Source: Hypanus sabinus
Lineage: Eukaryota
Assembly (NCBI RefSeq): GCF_030144855.1
Contig: NC_082722.1
Location: 21,080,001 to 21,144,000 of the forward strand
Direction: 5' to 3'
DNA length: 64,000 bases
The position numbers and the translations under genes were made by a program. Position 1 is the stretch's first letter, and each line of letters opens with the position of its first letter. This document shows positions 1 to 12,600 of this stretch, in pieces. Below the pieces are notes generated by a model. It saw only the letters and a list, made by a program, of their open reading frames with translations, made no database searches and was not told where the DNA came from.

Positions 1-1526
1 TTTCACCACTGTCGCCGGCAGCCCATTCCATGCACACGCCACTCTCTGCGTTAAAAACCCCTGAAATCTCCTCTGTACCTTCTTCCAAGCACCTTTAAAC
101 TGTGCCCTGTCGTGCTAGTCATTTCAGCCCTGGTAAAATGCCTCTCAATATCTACACAATCTTTGCCTCTCCTTATCTAATAAAAGTCTTTGAGGTCACC
201 TCGCATCCTCCGTCGCTCCAAGAAGAAAAGGCCGAGTAAACTCAACCTATTCTCATAAGCATGCTCCTCAATCCAGGCAGCATCCTTGTAAATCTCCTCT
301 GTGGTTTCCACATCCTTCTTATGGTGAGGCGACCAGAACTCAGCACAGTTGTCCTGGTGGAGTCTGACTAGGGTCCTATATAGCTGCAACATTACCTCTC
401 GGCTTCTGAACTCAACCCCACGATTAATAATGCACAATGCACCGTATGCCTTCTCAACCACAGAGTCAAACTGCGCAGCGGCTTCGAGTGTCCTATGGAC
501 TCGGACCCCAAGATCCCTCTGCTCCTCCACACTGCCAGGAGTCGGACCATTATTACTATATTCTGTCATCATAATTGACCTACCAAAATGAGCCTCTTCA
601 CACTTATCTGTATTGAATCCCATTTGCCACTTGCCAGCCTAATTTTGCATCTTACTAATGTCCCGCTGTACCCCTGATAACCCTCTACACTATGCACAAT
701 ACTTCCAGCCTTTGTCATCAGCAGAACTACTAACCCATCCCTCCACTTCTTCAGTCGGGCCAGTTACAAAAATTTCGAAGTGTGGGAGTTCCCTGAACAG
801 AACCTTGAGGCACACTTCTGGTCATCGACCTCCATGCAGAATATGACCCATCTGCAACAACACTTTGCCTTCTGTGGGCAAGCCAATTCAGGATCCACAA
901 AGCAATGTCCCCTTGGATCCCATTCAACCTAACTTTCTCAATAAGCCTTGCATGGGGTACCTTATCAAATGCCTTGCTGAAATCCATAAACACCAGATCT
1001 CTTGTTCTACCTTCATAAATGTGCTTAGGCACATCCGCGGAAAATTGAATCAGGGTCTTAACGTTCGACCTCCCTTTGACAAGGCCAAGCTAACTATTCC
1101 TAATCATATTACGCCTCTTCAAGTGTTCATATATCCTGCCTCTCACAATCTTCTCCATCAACTTACCAACCATTAGAACTAAGACACAATGGTTTATAAT
1201 TTGCTGGGCTATCTCTACTCCCTTACTTGAATAATGGAACTACATCAGCAACCCTCCAATCCTCCGGAACCTCTCCCGTCCCCATTGACAATGCAAAGAT
1301 CTTCGCCAGAGGCTTAGCAATCTCCTCCCTCTCCACCCAAAAAAGCTTGGGCTGCATCTCGTCCAGTCCTGGTGACTTATCCAATTTGATGCTTTCTAAA
1401 AGCTTCAGCTCATCCTTTTTCTTAATTTCTACATGCTCAAGCTTTTCAGTCTGTTGTAAGTCGTCCCGACAATCCCAAGTTCCTTTTCCGTCGTGAATAC
1501 TGAGGCAAAGTATTCGTTGAGTACCT
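1..1526 (-). mobile_element. CR1-type LINE fragment
   Basis: ORF fragments FMDFSKAFDKVPH, VPQGSV, KSPGLDEM and LYRTLVR typical of CR1 ORF2. Confidence 0.9.
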
Positions 1527-4500
1527 GTTTTGAAGATGTGAAAAAAAATCGCAACATGTTCTCGCGATAACATCTCTGTGTCTGAATATTAATCAGTAAA
1601 TGTCGTATGATTAAAAAAAATCAGTGCTCTTCTGTTTCACATACATTCACGGCTTGCTGCGCAAAATTAGCTGTAAACTATAACTGCACTGACACTTGGT
1701 AATAACAGAAATCCCAGGGTACCCAAAAAAAACAAGATAAATATTTAGTTGGCGTTTTTCACACTGCAAAGTTGCTCTCGCTGCTGGTAACGAACCTCTG
1801 ATGTATTTTTCATCCTCTGAGGACTGTGGAGGGAACATTTGGGGGGGGCATTGTCGGCGGTAATGAAGATAGAGTAGGTTTACCTCATGACTAGGGACAG
1901 TTTAATGATAAAGCAGTGGAGAATATGGTTGAGCATATCAGGCATTATCCTCTTGAATGACTGGGCAGTAGAGAGAGGCGGAGTGGTTTACTCCCAATCT
2001 TATTCTTAAGTTTCTTACTTTTATTTTTTCCAGTGATAATCGCTTCCAATAAATCGAACACGAATTTGAACCTTTAACTCCTAACTTGTAAATGTGATAT
2101 CGGTTAATAATCTTTGTCTAGATTGAAGAAATAAAACGAAGCAATACCTCAGGCCTGCACTCATTGATAGTGTATAGCTCTAACCTGCAGTTGGATCCTC
2201 AGCTTCGCAGTTCCTTTGATGTATTTACATCAGTGGACAATGTATCTTGCTTTCTTGGAGTTCTTGGAATCGGGAAGCTGCAGAGCAGCGTAACTCAGTT
2301 TGTCAGCTCCATTCCATTTAGTCTATTTCATAACCAGCGGTTCATCGAGAATTCACTGAGTTGAACATGTTGAGTCAACAATTATAAAATAAACCAGTGA
2401 CGCACTCAGAAGTTATTAATTTTAGATTTCTGCCATTTCACACAAAATCTATGTCAACACGTTTTACAATTGATTTTCTTTTTGATGTATATGGTATTTC
2501 AACTCCATGATCCTGTAGAATCATGAGCGTTCCTTTCATTACTTGAAAGGAAGAATAGCAAAATCGAGTTAGGAGAGTAGGTAACTGCTTGAAGCAATAG
2601 CTATAGTGCAAAATATATCGCTAACTCAACATACAAGCGTGTTTTTGTGTCATATGTGTCGGTTAGTCGCAAACTGTTTAGCTTATAGATCTTACGGTGT
2701 TTAACTTAAAGATCTCAGTCACAGCGGCCAAGAGAACTCCAAAAAGATACTGTAATCAGTGGATACCGCACAACTGATAGAACGAACGTTGGCATTTTGT
2801 TCATTCATGTCCTATGGTTACTGTTTTGTCACAGTTTGGTATTTTCATGAATAAAAAAATGTTCTGTTGGATCAGTGTTTCTAGGTTATTATCAGATATT
2901 CGTGTTCATTTTGGAGATGATAATGGGCGTTGAAAAGGATGGCTATTCTTAGTTTAATGCGTTTTAGTGTTTCCTCGTTTGCAAATTACATATGAACGTC
3001 ATAATCCTTCTGGCTGCCCCCATGTGGCTCCTATGTCCTTGATTATGCCTAATTTCCAGTCGTCTGATTCTCAATTGCTGCTAGTTCATTGAATTACAGT
3101 ACATCTGCTTTGCATCTGAGACTGCAGGATAAGAACTCTGGCGTAACAACCACAGGTCGCCAGTTCTTTGGTCGATTACCGTGTGATGACTTCGTTTCCC
3201 GATTGCTTAGAACCGTTGGTTCTAAGTTCAGCTCTAGTTTCAAGTTATTCCATGAGAACCCCGTCTCCGTGTCAAGACTCCATATTAGAGCTCCGTGTCA
3301 AGCTTCCTCCTGGTTATCTGATCCACGTTTGCGACGGTGCAAACACCTCTCAATCCCATCTCCGTGCCTGTGCCCTGCACTTGGGGTCACCCCCAGTCAC
3401 TCCTTGTAAAAATAAATTAAATGCATGTAAGCAAGAGAAGAAAGATGATCTCGAGGGATTCTGCAGATGCAGAAAACATTGAGGAATGCAAAGAAAAATG
3501 ATGATGTAATTCATTAGGTAAAACAGCATATATGAAGGTAAATAAACTGTCCATCTTTCTGGCCGAAACGCTATACAGGACAGCAAGAAGTCAGAAGCTA
3601 GAATAAGAGGGTGTGGAAGGAATACAAGATGGCGGGTGATAAGAGACACCATGTGAGTAAGAGGTTGTGTGGATAATAGGGAACAGAGTGGCGTAGAGGC
3701 TGAGAGGTGATGAATGGAAGAGAGAGTGGACCCTGGACTAAATGAAAGAAGGAGGGGCGCGAGTGGTAGTGATTCTTGGCATATTTCAGATTTATTGTGC
3801 TCATTTGGGCAACTTAGCAATTATTAACCGCTGAGGAGCTGTGTGCAAAACACCATATTCTTCTAGAGTACACATCTAGACACGTGATTCATATATATAA
3901 ATCTACTTTCCAACGTCCACGTTTTTCATTGAAATGTTGTGATTAGTCTAAACTTGATTTCCTTTAATGGGACCATGTGCGTATCTCCTCTGTTTCAATA
4001 TGGTCTTGAACATGTACACAGGTTGCAATGATTTATTTTGCCTTTTTTGTGTCCTGGGATTTCTGTTACCACCATGTGATAGTGCAGTTGTATTATACAG
4101 CTAATTTTGAGCAACAGACCGTGAACGTATAAGAAACAGAAGATTACTGAATTATTTTCATCATAAGATATTTACTAATCAATATTCAAACAGAGTTGTT
4201 CTCGCGAGAACATTTTGCGATTTTTTTTCACATCTTCAAATCTATATTTTCTTCTATTGAACGTTGACATAAGTGAGCAAGAAAAGCTGTTCAGCAGGCG
4301 TTTGCTTTTGCCCTGCAAATAAAGTTTCTCTCGCTGGTGTTGACGAATCTCTTGATATTCTTTCATCCTCTGAGGACTGTGGACGGAATATCCTGGGGAT
4401 GAGGCAAAGTAGTTTTCTTTCCTGGAATGATCGGGGACTGTTCAATGGAGATTATGACTGGGCAGTAGAGAAAGACAGAATGGCTTATTCAGAATCTTAT

Positions 4501-6330
4501 TCCTTTCTTTTTACAATATTTTTATTCAGAAGAAAAAATGATTTACAGAGTGTAACACATAGATACATCTCAACATAACTTGTGTACATTTCATATATTG
4601 TAATAAATTTGATCAAAATGTTATAGCATAACACATAAAGGTATACCACTCTGTAATCAAAAATTTAAAGATAGGTCATACATCGTAAAAGAATATTTTT
4701 ATATATATAAATTTATATATAAGTATCTTATTCCTAATTTAATTACTTTTACTTTTTCCAGTGATAATCGCTTCCAACAAATCGAAGACGAAATTGATCC
4801 ATTATCTTCCTAACTTATACATGTTATATCGATTAACAATCTTTGTCTGATTGCAAGAAAGGAGAAAAAGCAATGCCTAGGTCTTCACTCCTTGATAATG
4901 TATAGGTCTAAACTACAGTCAGATTCTCAGCTTCACAGTTTCTTTGATGTATTTACGTCTGCGTACAATGCATGTTGGTTTTGATGTTTGGATGCTGAGG
5001 TGTTGTTGGAATCCGGAAGCTGCAGTGAAGCGTAAGTCAGCTTGTCAGCTCCATTTCTTTTAGTCTGTGAAAATATTTCAATATCCGAGATTAATCAAGA
5101 ATCCATTGATTTGAACAAATCAAATCAAAAATTTTAAAGTGAATTAGTGATGCACTCATAAGCTGTCAATTTTAGACTTCTGCCGTTTCACACAAAATCT
5201 ATGTCAACATGTTTTTCAATTTTTTTTCTTTTTGATTGATATGGTATTTCAATTCGATGATCATGTAGAATCATGAGCGTTTCTTTAATTACTTGAAATG
5301 AAGTTGAACAAAATCGAGTTGGCAGAGTAGGTAACTCTTTAAGGCAGCAGGTATGGAACAAAATATTTCGCTAACTAAAAACACAATAGCATTTTTGTGT
5401 TATATGTGACTGATTGCGACAAACTGTTTCGTCTATAGATCTTACGGGTGTTTCCTCCGTCGCACCTGCCAACAGAGGTCCAAATGCAAACAGACACAGT
5501 CATCAGTGGATACCGCACAACTGATAACTGAACGGTGGCACTTCGTTCATTCGTGCAGTAAGGTTACTGCCTTATCACAGTTCGGTATTTCCATGAATAA
5601 CACCAATGTTCGGTTGGTTCAGTATTCTCGGTTATTATCAGAGATTCGTGTTACTTATGGAGCTGATAATGGGCGTTGGAACGGATGGCTTTTCCCAGTT
5701 TCATCCTTATTAGTGTTTCCTCATTTGCAAATTACATATAAAATTAGATTCGTAAAAGCAAGGGGTAAAATAAAATCTCGAGAACTTCCGTGGATGCTGG
5801 AAATCCTGAAGAATACCAAAAAAAAAAGAAAATGCTGACGGAACTCAGTAGAGAAGGCAGCATGTACGCTATAAATAAACTCAATATTTCTCACCGGAGC
5901 GCTGCATCAGGACAGCAAAACAAAGTGGTCAGAAGCTGGAATAAGCTGGTGAAGGAATACTAGATGGCAAGGGATAGGAGAAACCTGCTTGGTAAGAAGG
6001 GGTGTAAATGATGGGTGATGGAATGACGTAGAAGCTGGGAGGTGATGAGAGAAAAAGGAAAACGGTGCAAGAAGGAATCTATTCAGAGGAGAAAGTGGAA
6101 CCTGGAAGAAACAGAAGAAGGAGGGACACCGCTGGAGGTGATGGGCAGATGAGTAAGAGAGAAGAGCTGAAAAGGAGCCAGAATTTGTAATAAAGAAAAA
6201 AAAGAGAAGGGGATGATGAAATAAGTATCTACTGTTAGAAATAACAATATTCATGAGTTCAGGATGGAATCCACCCAGATGGAAGAAAAATGTGAAGCTA
6301 TTTCGAGGGTGTTTAGTTGTAAGTGGTACA
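1527..6330. repeat. Diverged tandem duplication (unit A about 1527-3800, unit B about 4030-6330)
   Basis: Direct similarity 1750-2990 vs 4290-5730 and 3440-3700 vs 5790-6000. 4030-4240 is the reverse complement of 1527-1745. Confidence 0.85.
2993..3410 (+). mobile_element. Solo-LTR-like insertion private to tandem unit A
   Basis: About 415 bp absent from unit B; starts TG and ends ...cctgcacttggggtcac...ttgtaa. Family not identified. Confidence 0.35.
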
Positions 6331-6399
6331 GTGACAAAGATCTGCTAAGGTCTGTAAAATTAACCACTCTTGGGATAATGTTTATATACATATATATGT

Positions 6400-7790
6400 T
6401 GGAATCGATTGTTAGGGATGAGATTATTGAGTACCTGGAGACACAAGACAAGATAGGCCTAAGCCAGCATGGTTTTCGGAATGGAAAATCCTGCCTGACT
6501 GACCTACTGCAATTTTTGTAAGGAAATTGCAGGCAGAATAGGCAATGCAGATGTAGTATATGTGGTGTACTTGGATTTTCAATAGGCATTTGACAAGATG
6601 CCGCACATGAAGCTGCTTATCAAGATAAGAGACCATGGAATTACAGAGGAGTTACTAGTATGGGTGGAGCATTGGCTGATCGGCAGAAAACAGAGAGTGG
6701 AATCAAGGGATCCTATTCTGGCTGGATGCCATTTGCCAGCAGAATTCCACAGGGGTTGGTGTTAGGACCACTGTTTTTTATGGTACATGTCAATGATTCC
6801 ATCGATGGGTTCATGAGTTTTGGCTAAATTTGCCAAGATAGGAGGAGGGTTGTGTATTGTTGAGGAAACAGAGAGCCTGCAGACAGACTTAGGTAGTTTA
6901 GGGGAAAGGACAAAGAATTGGCAAATTAAATACAATGTATTTAATACAAATACAAATTAAATACAATGTATTTAATGCAATGTATTGTCCTGACCATATA
7001 CATACACATAATGGCCATGCACGTTGGTGGAAGATTTAAACGTGCAGAATATTATCCAGATGGGAAAATAATTCAAAATGCAGAGATGCAAAGAGACTTG
7101 GGAGTCCCGGTGCAGGATACCGAAAGTTTAACCTCCAGGCTGAGTCGGTGGTGTAGAAAGCGAATACATTGTTGGCATTCATTTATAGAGGTAAAGAATA
7201 TAAGAACAGGGCTATGATATTGAGGCTCTATAACGCACTCGTGACACGACACTTGGAGTATTGTTTTCAGTTTCGGGTTCCTTCTTTTAGAAAGCATATA
7301 CTGACATTGAAGAGTGTTCAGAGAAGATTCACGAGAATGATTCCAGGAATGAAAGGGTTACTCTATGAGGGACGTCTGGCAGTTCTTCGGCTGTATTCCC
7401 TGGAGTTCAGGAAAATGAGGAGAGATCTCATAAAACATTGCGAATGTTAAAATGCCTGAACAGATTAGATATGGCAAAGTTATTTCTCATGGCAGGGGAG
7501 TCCAGGAAAAGAGGACAGGACTTCAGGATTGATGGAAGTCCATTTAGACAGAGATGCAGAGAAATTACTTTAGTCAAAGAGTGATAAATATGTGGATTTT
7601 CTTGCCATGACTGGATGTGGAGCCCAACTCATTGGGTGCATTTAAGGCAGAGATAGAAAGGTTCTTAATTAGCCAGGGCGTCTAACGGTATGGAAAGAAG
7701 GTAAGGGAGTGGGGATGACTGGATGAATTGAATCAGCCCATGATGAAATGTCGGAGCAGACAAGATCAGCGGAATAGCCTACTTCTGCTT
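6400..7790 (+). mobile_element. Degenerate CR1 LINE
   Basis: QHGFRNGKSCLT, LYNALVTRHLEYC and VQRRFTRMIPG fragments plus a CR1-type 3' UTR. Confidence 0.85.
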
Positions 7791-7829
7791 GTATATCTTC
7801 TGGTCCTATGTATATATTTTGCCTGGCTC

Positions 7830-8070
7830 GGTATCGAGCGGCTAGCGTAACACAATTAAAGCAGCAGTGATCCAGGTTTACTTCCCGTGCCCGACTAAAT
7901 GGCGTGTTTCTAAGTTTTCCCATGACCGTATGACTTTCTTTTTGCACTCGGGGTTTCTCCCACAATCCAAAGATGCAGTAGTGAGTCGGCTAAATTGTCG
8001 CATGGGCATAATTGGGCGGCGCCAACTGTTTGGGCCGGACGGCTCTGTTACAGTGTTATAACTCTGAAGC
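7830..8070 (+). mobile_element. Degenerate V-SINE-like repeat
   Basis: gggtttctcccacaatccaaagatg...gctaaattg resembles the V-SINE central domain as recalled. Confidence 0.4.
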
Positions 8071-9444
8071 AAATTAATATGTTAGTTATGGCAATCTCTC
8101 TGCTTTACCGGAGAATAGATAATGTGCTCTTCTTGTTGTCGATCTTTTTGAAGTCCTTTGCTCCCCGTCAAATTTAGTGAAGCATAGGCAGTGGTATGCG
8201 CCACAGAAGCATGTTCAGCCTGTTAGAAAAATAGCATATTTAATGTTGATAACGGATACAAAGGTCAGTGGTCATGAACTAAGTTTGATATTGTTCGTAT
8301 ATCATATTGGACGTGAGATACCAAAACCATTTCAGTCTGGAAGTTCGTATGTTTACGTTAGATTTCTAAAAAAAACCACTTATAACCAGCCTATCAATCG
8401 GAACGGTTACTCAGGTCTGGCCATCTCTTTTTTTTTCATCTCTTATGTCATATTCCTTCCCCTATTCCGAGTTCTGTACACGGGCTTTATCCGATGCGTT
8501 TCTGTTATGCACCCCTACAAATTAGTGTAATCATTGGCATGGACCAGATTTTGTACCCATGATGCAATTAAGATCTGTGATCTTCAAACTCGCATTATCA
8601 AGGTTAAGGACATTGGTATAAATGGCAAGACTTGATGTACTTTTCCAGCCTGGATTAACTGAGTTAGCAAATACTGTTGAGCTGATTGTTGTTGTTGGTG
8701 AGTCAATTAAATTGCATTCGAAATAAGTAGAGCAATTTGATATGCCCGTTACAGTAAATGGTTAAAATATTATTTTTCTGGCTGGAAAAATAACAGAGCA
8801 TTCTAGAGCAACAAAGCAAAGGTAAATAATTTATCTTCAACTTTCCAGCTTCAACTTAGACATTATTCTCAGAACCGGTCCTTCATTTTGGGAAGTGACA
8901 CTAACGCTGATAGAAGTTCCAATGGTGCACTAATATCGTGAAGCCAGAGATATATGACAGACTTGTTTTGGTGATATTAAAAGTTGCGGCAGCAAATACC
9001 GTTACGTAAAAGTAAAAATATCCGCTGAAATTGGGAAGGTGATTAATGGAACACACGTAGACGTTCCCAGTTCTACACAGATGGGTATTCAACCGATAAA
9101 GGTTTAATATATTATATCAGGAGAATAAAGGTGACACAAATTTAATAGCATTCAACTGCTGGAACTATGAAGTAAAATAAACAAATAAAACACACAATAG
9201 GTCAGGAAACACGAGAGCAAAGAGAAACAGTTAACGTTTATGTTACGTTCTGTGGTGCGATGTGCAGTCTGAAAGGACAATGTTTCCACGTTCCCAAGAT
9301 GTCGTTAGAGATTTTTAATTTGTGGATTAAATCGAAAGTGGGAGATTACAATACATTTATAAGTTTCTTGCATTTCTTTGAAAATTGAGGATGATAATCA
9401 TTGATCGTAGCCTTGTGGAGCAGAAGGCGCCTTGTGGAGTTCCG

Positions 9445-9613
9445 TTAACATGTGGGTATAATTATGCACCAGATACTACACGGTTTATTGTACACATATT
9501 CGATTTCATTGCAGATTGTGCAATACTGTATGGATCGTTGTTGCGATTTGGGTTTAATTACTGCATATAACATTCCAAAACAAGATTGCGTTGCATTTTC
9601 AATTTTGCTTACG
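9445..9613 (-). CDS. Copy A putative terminal cytoplasmic exon with ITIM-like motifs
   Basis: Frame SVSKIENATQSCFGMLYAVIKPKSQQRSIQYCTICNEIEYVYNKPCSIWCIIIPTC* after a ttag| acceptor. The phase link to the upstream exon is unresolved; alternative acceptor at 9560. Confidence 0.5.
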
Positions 9614-12600
9614 CTAAGTTGAAATCAAAGTAACACATATTGCGAAATGATTCGTGCGTGTACTGTATTTCGCCTTTCACCACTACACCGTGATTCATGT
9701 AAGCCGACATTTGACATTTAAAACATCTCAGTCTCAGATATATACTTAATTATTCGTCACACAAAGAATCATTAACAGCCTAATTTCCACTGGTATATAT
9801 TACCGTTCATCTTAATGAAACCTATTAAGAGCTGGTGTGGAATCCTCAAAGACTATAGCAAGCAGATTAAACAGGAATATTCAAATACATCTTGGATCAA
9901 TACTTCAAAATAATGAGTTATTGGAGAGTATCATTCTTTCCTGCTGCGTTCCAAATGTTAGAACAAAATTAATTTATAATATCCTACCATATGCATACGC
10001 CGCTCTGAAAGAAGACAAAAATTTCACCTACCTGCTCTTCATTCTGACATTTGTCCAGAGAACTTCCGTTAAACCCTTAAGAAAAGTAAAATAAATTATT
10101 TGCATTGTAAACATTGGATTTTATTTGTTTGATACCAATCGAATACATTGCGTAAGAGGAACTGCTGAATTTACGGATCTTTTAGAAAGCATTTTGTGGT
10201 GTCAGTTGTCTAAATACTGTACATCCACATCACGGCACTACGCTCAAGAGTCTTTGACTTTTAACGAAGCTGTAAAGTGATAGCAGCATAGTAGCATAGG
10301 AATGGCCGGACTACATCTAAATACTGTCGGTAAAATGAAAAGTAACATCAATGAGACATGCATGACTTCGTCAATGTTCTTCACACAGTCACAGTAACCA
10401 TAGCCCAACGCGAAGTTGTTTACGCTTCAAAATATGCATTCGCCATTGTATTGAAAACGACAATTGAAGTATTCCAAAGGGATATATCGGCATTTATGAA
10501 CAAGATACAGCATGTAAATACAACTAATGGACTGGTGGAATTATTGCATCTACAGATCCCGCTTCTATTGTGCCTGATGATTATTTATGTAAGCCAGTTA
10601 GAACATCTAAATCACTGTCTATTTTTTTTTACAAATAGAGATATTTCTCAGCGATGAGCGTCCTTACCGTGCGATTTATTTAACTTGACTATCACCAAAA
10701 CTATTATCAGAGCTAAAATCGTCGTTCCGCCCGCTGCACATGCCAGAATGAATTTTGTATCAGAGCCTGGTGAATCAAAAGGGGTAAACAAGAAATTGTG
10801 AAGCATTTATACATCTAAAAACAAACGCACACATGAGAATCAACAATGTCAAATATTTTATAGGCTGCTTTCAAATCTCACTGCACAATATTGGAAAATA
10901 TATCATAAAACAGGAAATGCAAATTCCCACCTTTGTTATATCACGATGAGATATAGAGTTTAAGTTTTGCTTTGTCACAACTTCTGCAAATGTTCAAAAG
11001 TTTGCTACCTTACAAATACTGCGCGAATTTAATTTCTTAATTCGTCTTACACGATTTAAACTAACGGACAAAACACGTTCGTTTTGTTTTTATCACCTTT
11101 CACGTTGAATAATCACTGTCAATTACTAAGCTTCAAAATTGGTCATTCTTCCGTGTTTGTTTAGCTGTTCAGTCACTGTCCTTAACAAGTTTATATTGAC
11201 CCCACCACAATGACTTATAAGCGTTCCATCTTATATTGAGCGCAAAAGATTCTAAACATGCTGAAATACAGCGTAACACAGAAAATCCTGGAAGAACGTA
11301 GCCGATCAGGCACATCTAAAGTGTCGACGTCTACAGCCGGGATCCAAAAACATGACTTCATCAAGACACCACATTACCTTGATCATGTATGTAGCTGAAA
11401 CAGGCAGGCACCGTGAGGGAGACATGCGACACCAGACAGATGTAAACATCTTTTCCTGCAGTAGACTGCGTGATTTCCAATAAGCTAGAAGCTTCGTACA
11501 ATCCACCCACGCTCCGGTTTGTTACACTCTGTATTCCAGTGTGAATTTGTTTGTTATTTATTTGCCAAACGATTTCTAATTTCTCCGGGTAGAAGGCAGC
11601 CGTTTTACAAAGGAGCTTTGGAGAAGCCGAAAACCCTCCAATTGGAACAATTTCCAATGGAGTTGGAGGAGCTTGAATAAAAACAAATTTATATTATGTA
11701 CCTCCAATTAATTTCAGTGCAGGTAGGTTCCTTTATCTCCCCGCCAACTGGCATAACACTCTATCAAATGAGTTACCCGCCAGCACTAAGCAGTATTTAC
11801 TAAATTCTTTCCATTTCACGTTCTGCTTCTTGTTGCCCAACCGTACACACACACAACACTAAGCGAAATACTGTTCTTCTGGGGCCAAGTTGCAAAATAC
11901 AACCAGTATATATAGTCACACACAACACATATAGTTACCATCCAGCAAGGACAGACACTAAATAAGCAAAATACAACAAAATAAAGTCCCCTTGGGAGAT
12001 GGATGAAAGGAAGATTTCAGAGAATACACCTCGACAACGAAGTTAAGAGGTGCTAATTGAGGAAGACATTCTCTTTCGAATAGTATTTGAGCTTTATTGC
12101 ACAGTTGGGTTTGCGGCGGCCGTTGGCTTTGGAAAGCTGACTACTGTTGGATTTTGCTTTTTGTATCAAGCCGGGGCTACAAACCCCAAAATATCACAGA
12201 TTTCTATAGTACAAATGCACATGGAGTCTAGCATTCTGGTCTCTCAACTGCTTAGGGAGTGTTCTAGGTCTTGGAGTTGTTCTTTCCTGTCTTAAACACT
12301 CAGTAACGGAGCTTTCCCTGGAAAATGAACCATTCCTGCAAGAGATCCCCCATATTGAATGAGGCAAATCATCTCCTCCGTGAAACAACCAGGAACGCAA
12401 ATGCAAATTGGTATTAACTGGATTGGTTCTATAGTTCCATTCTTTCTTAACCTGAAATCCTGCAGCAAAACTGTCGACAGTCACTTGGCACTGTTATAGG
12501 ATCGTTTGTAGAAATTGCGAGCCCAACTTTCAGGTTTTGTAAACGTGGACTGATTCTGCCACGGCTATGGTCAGTGTCCAACAGAGGAGATTCAAACGTT

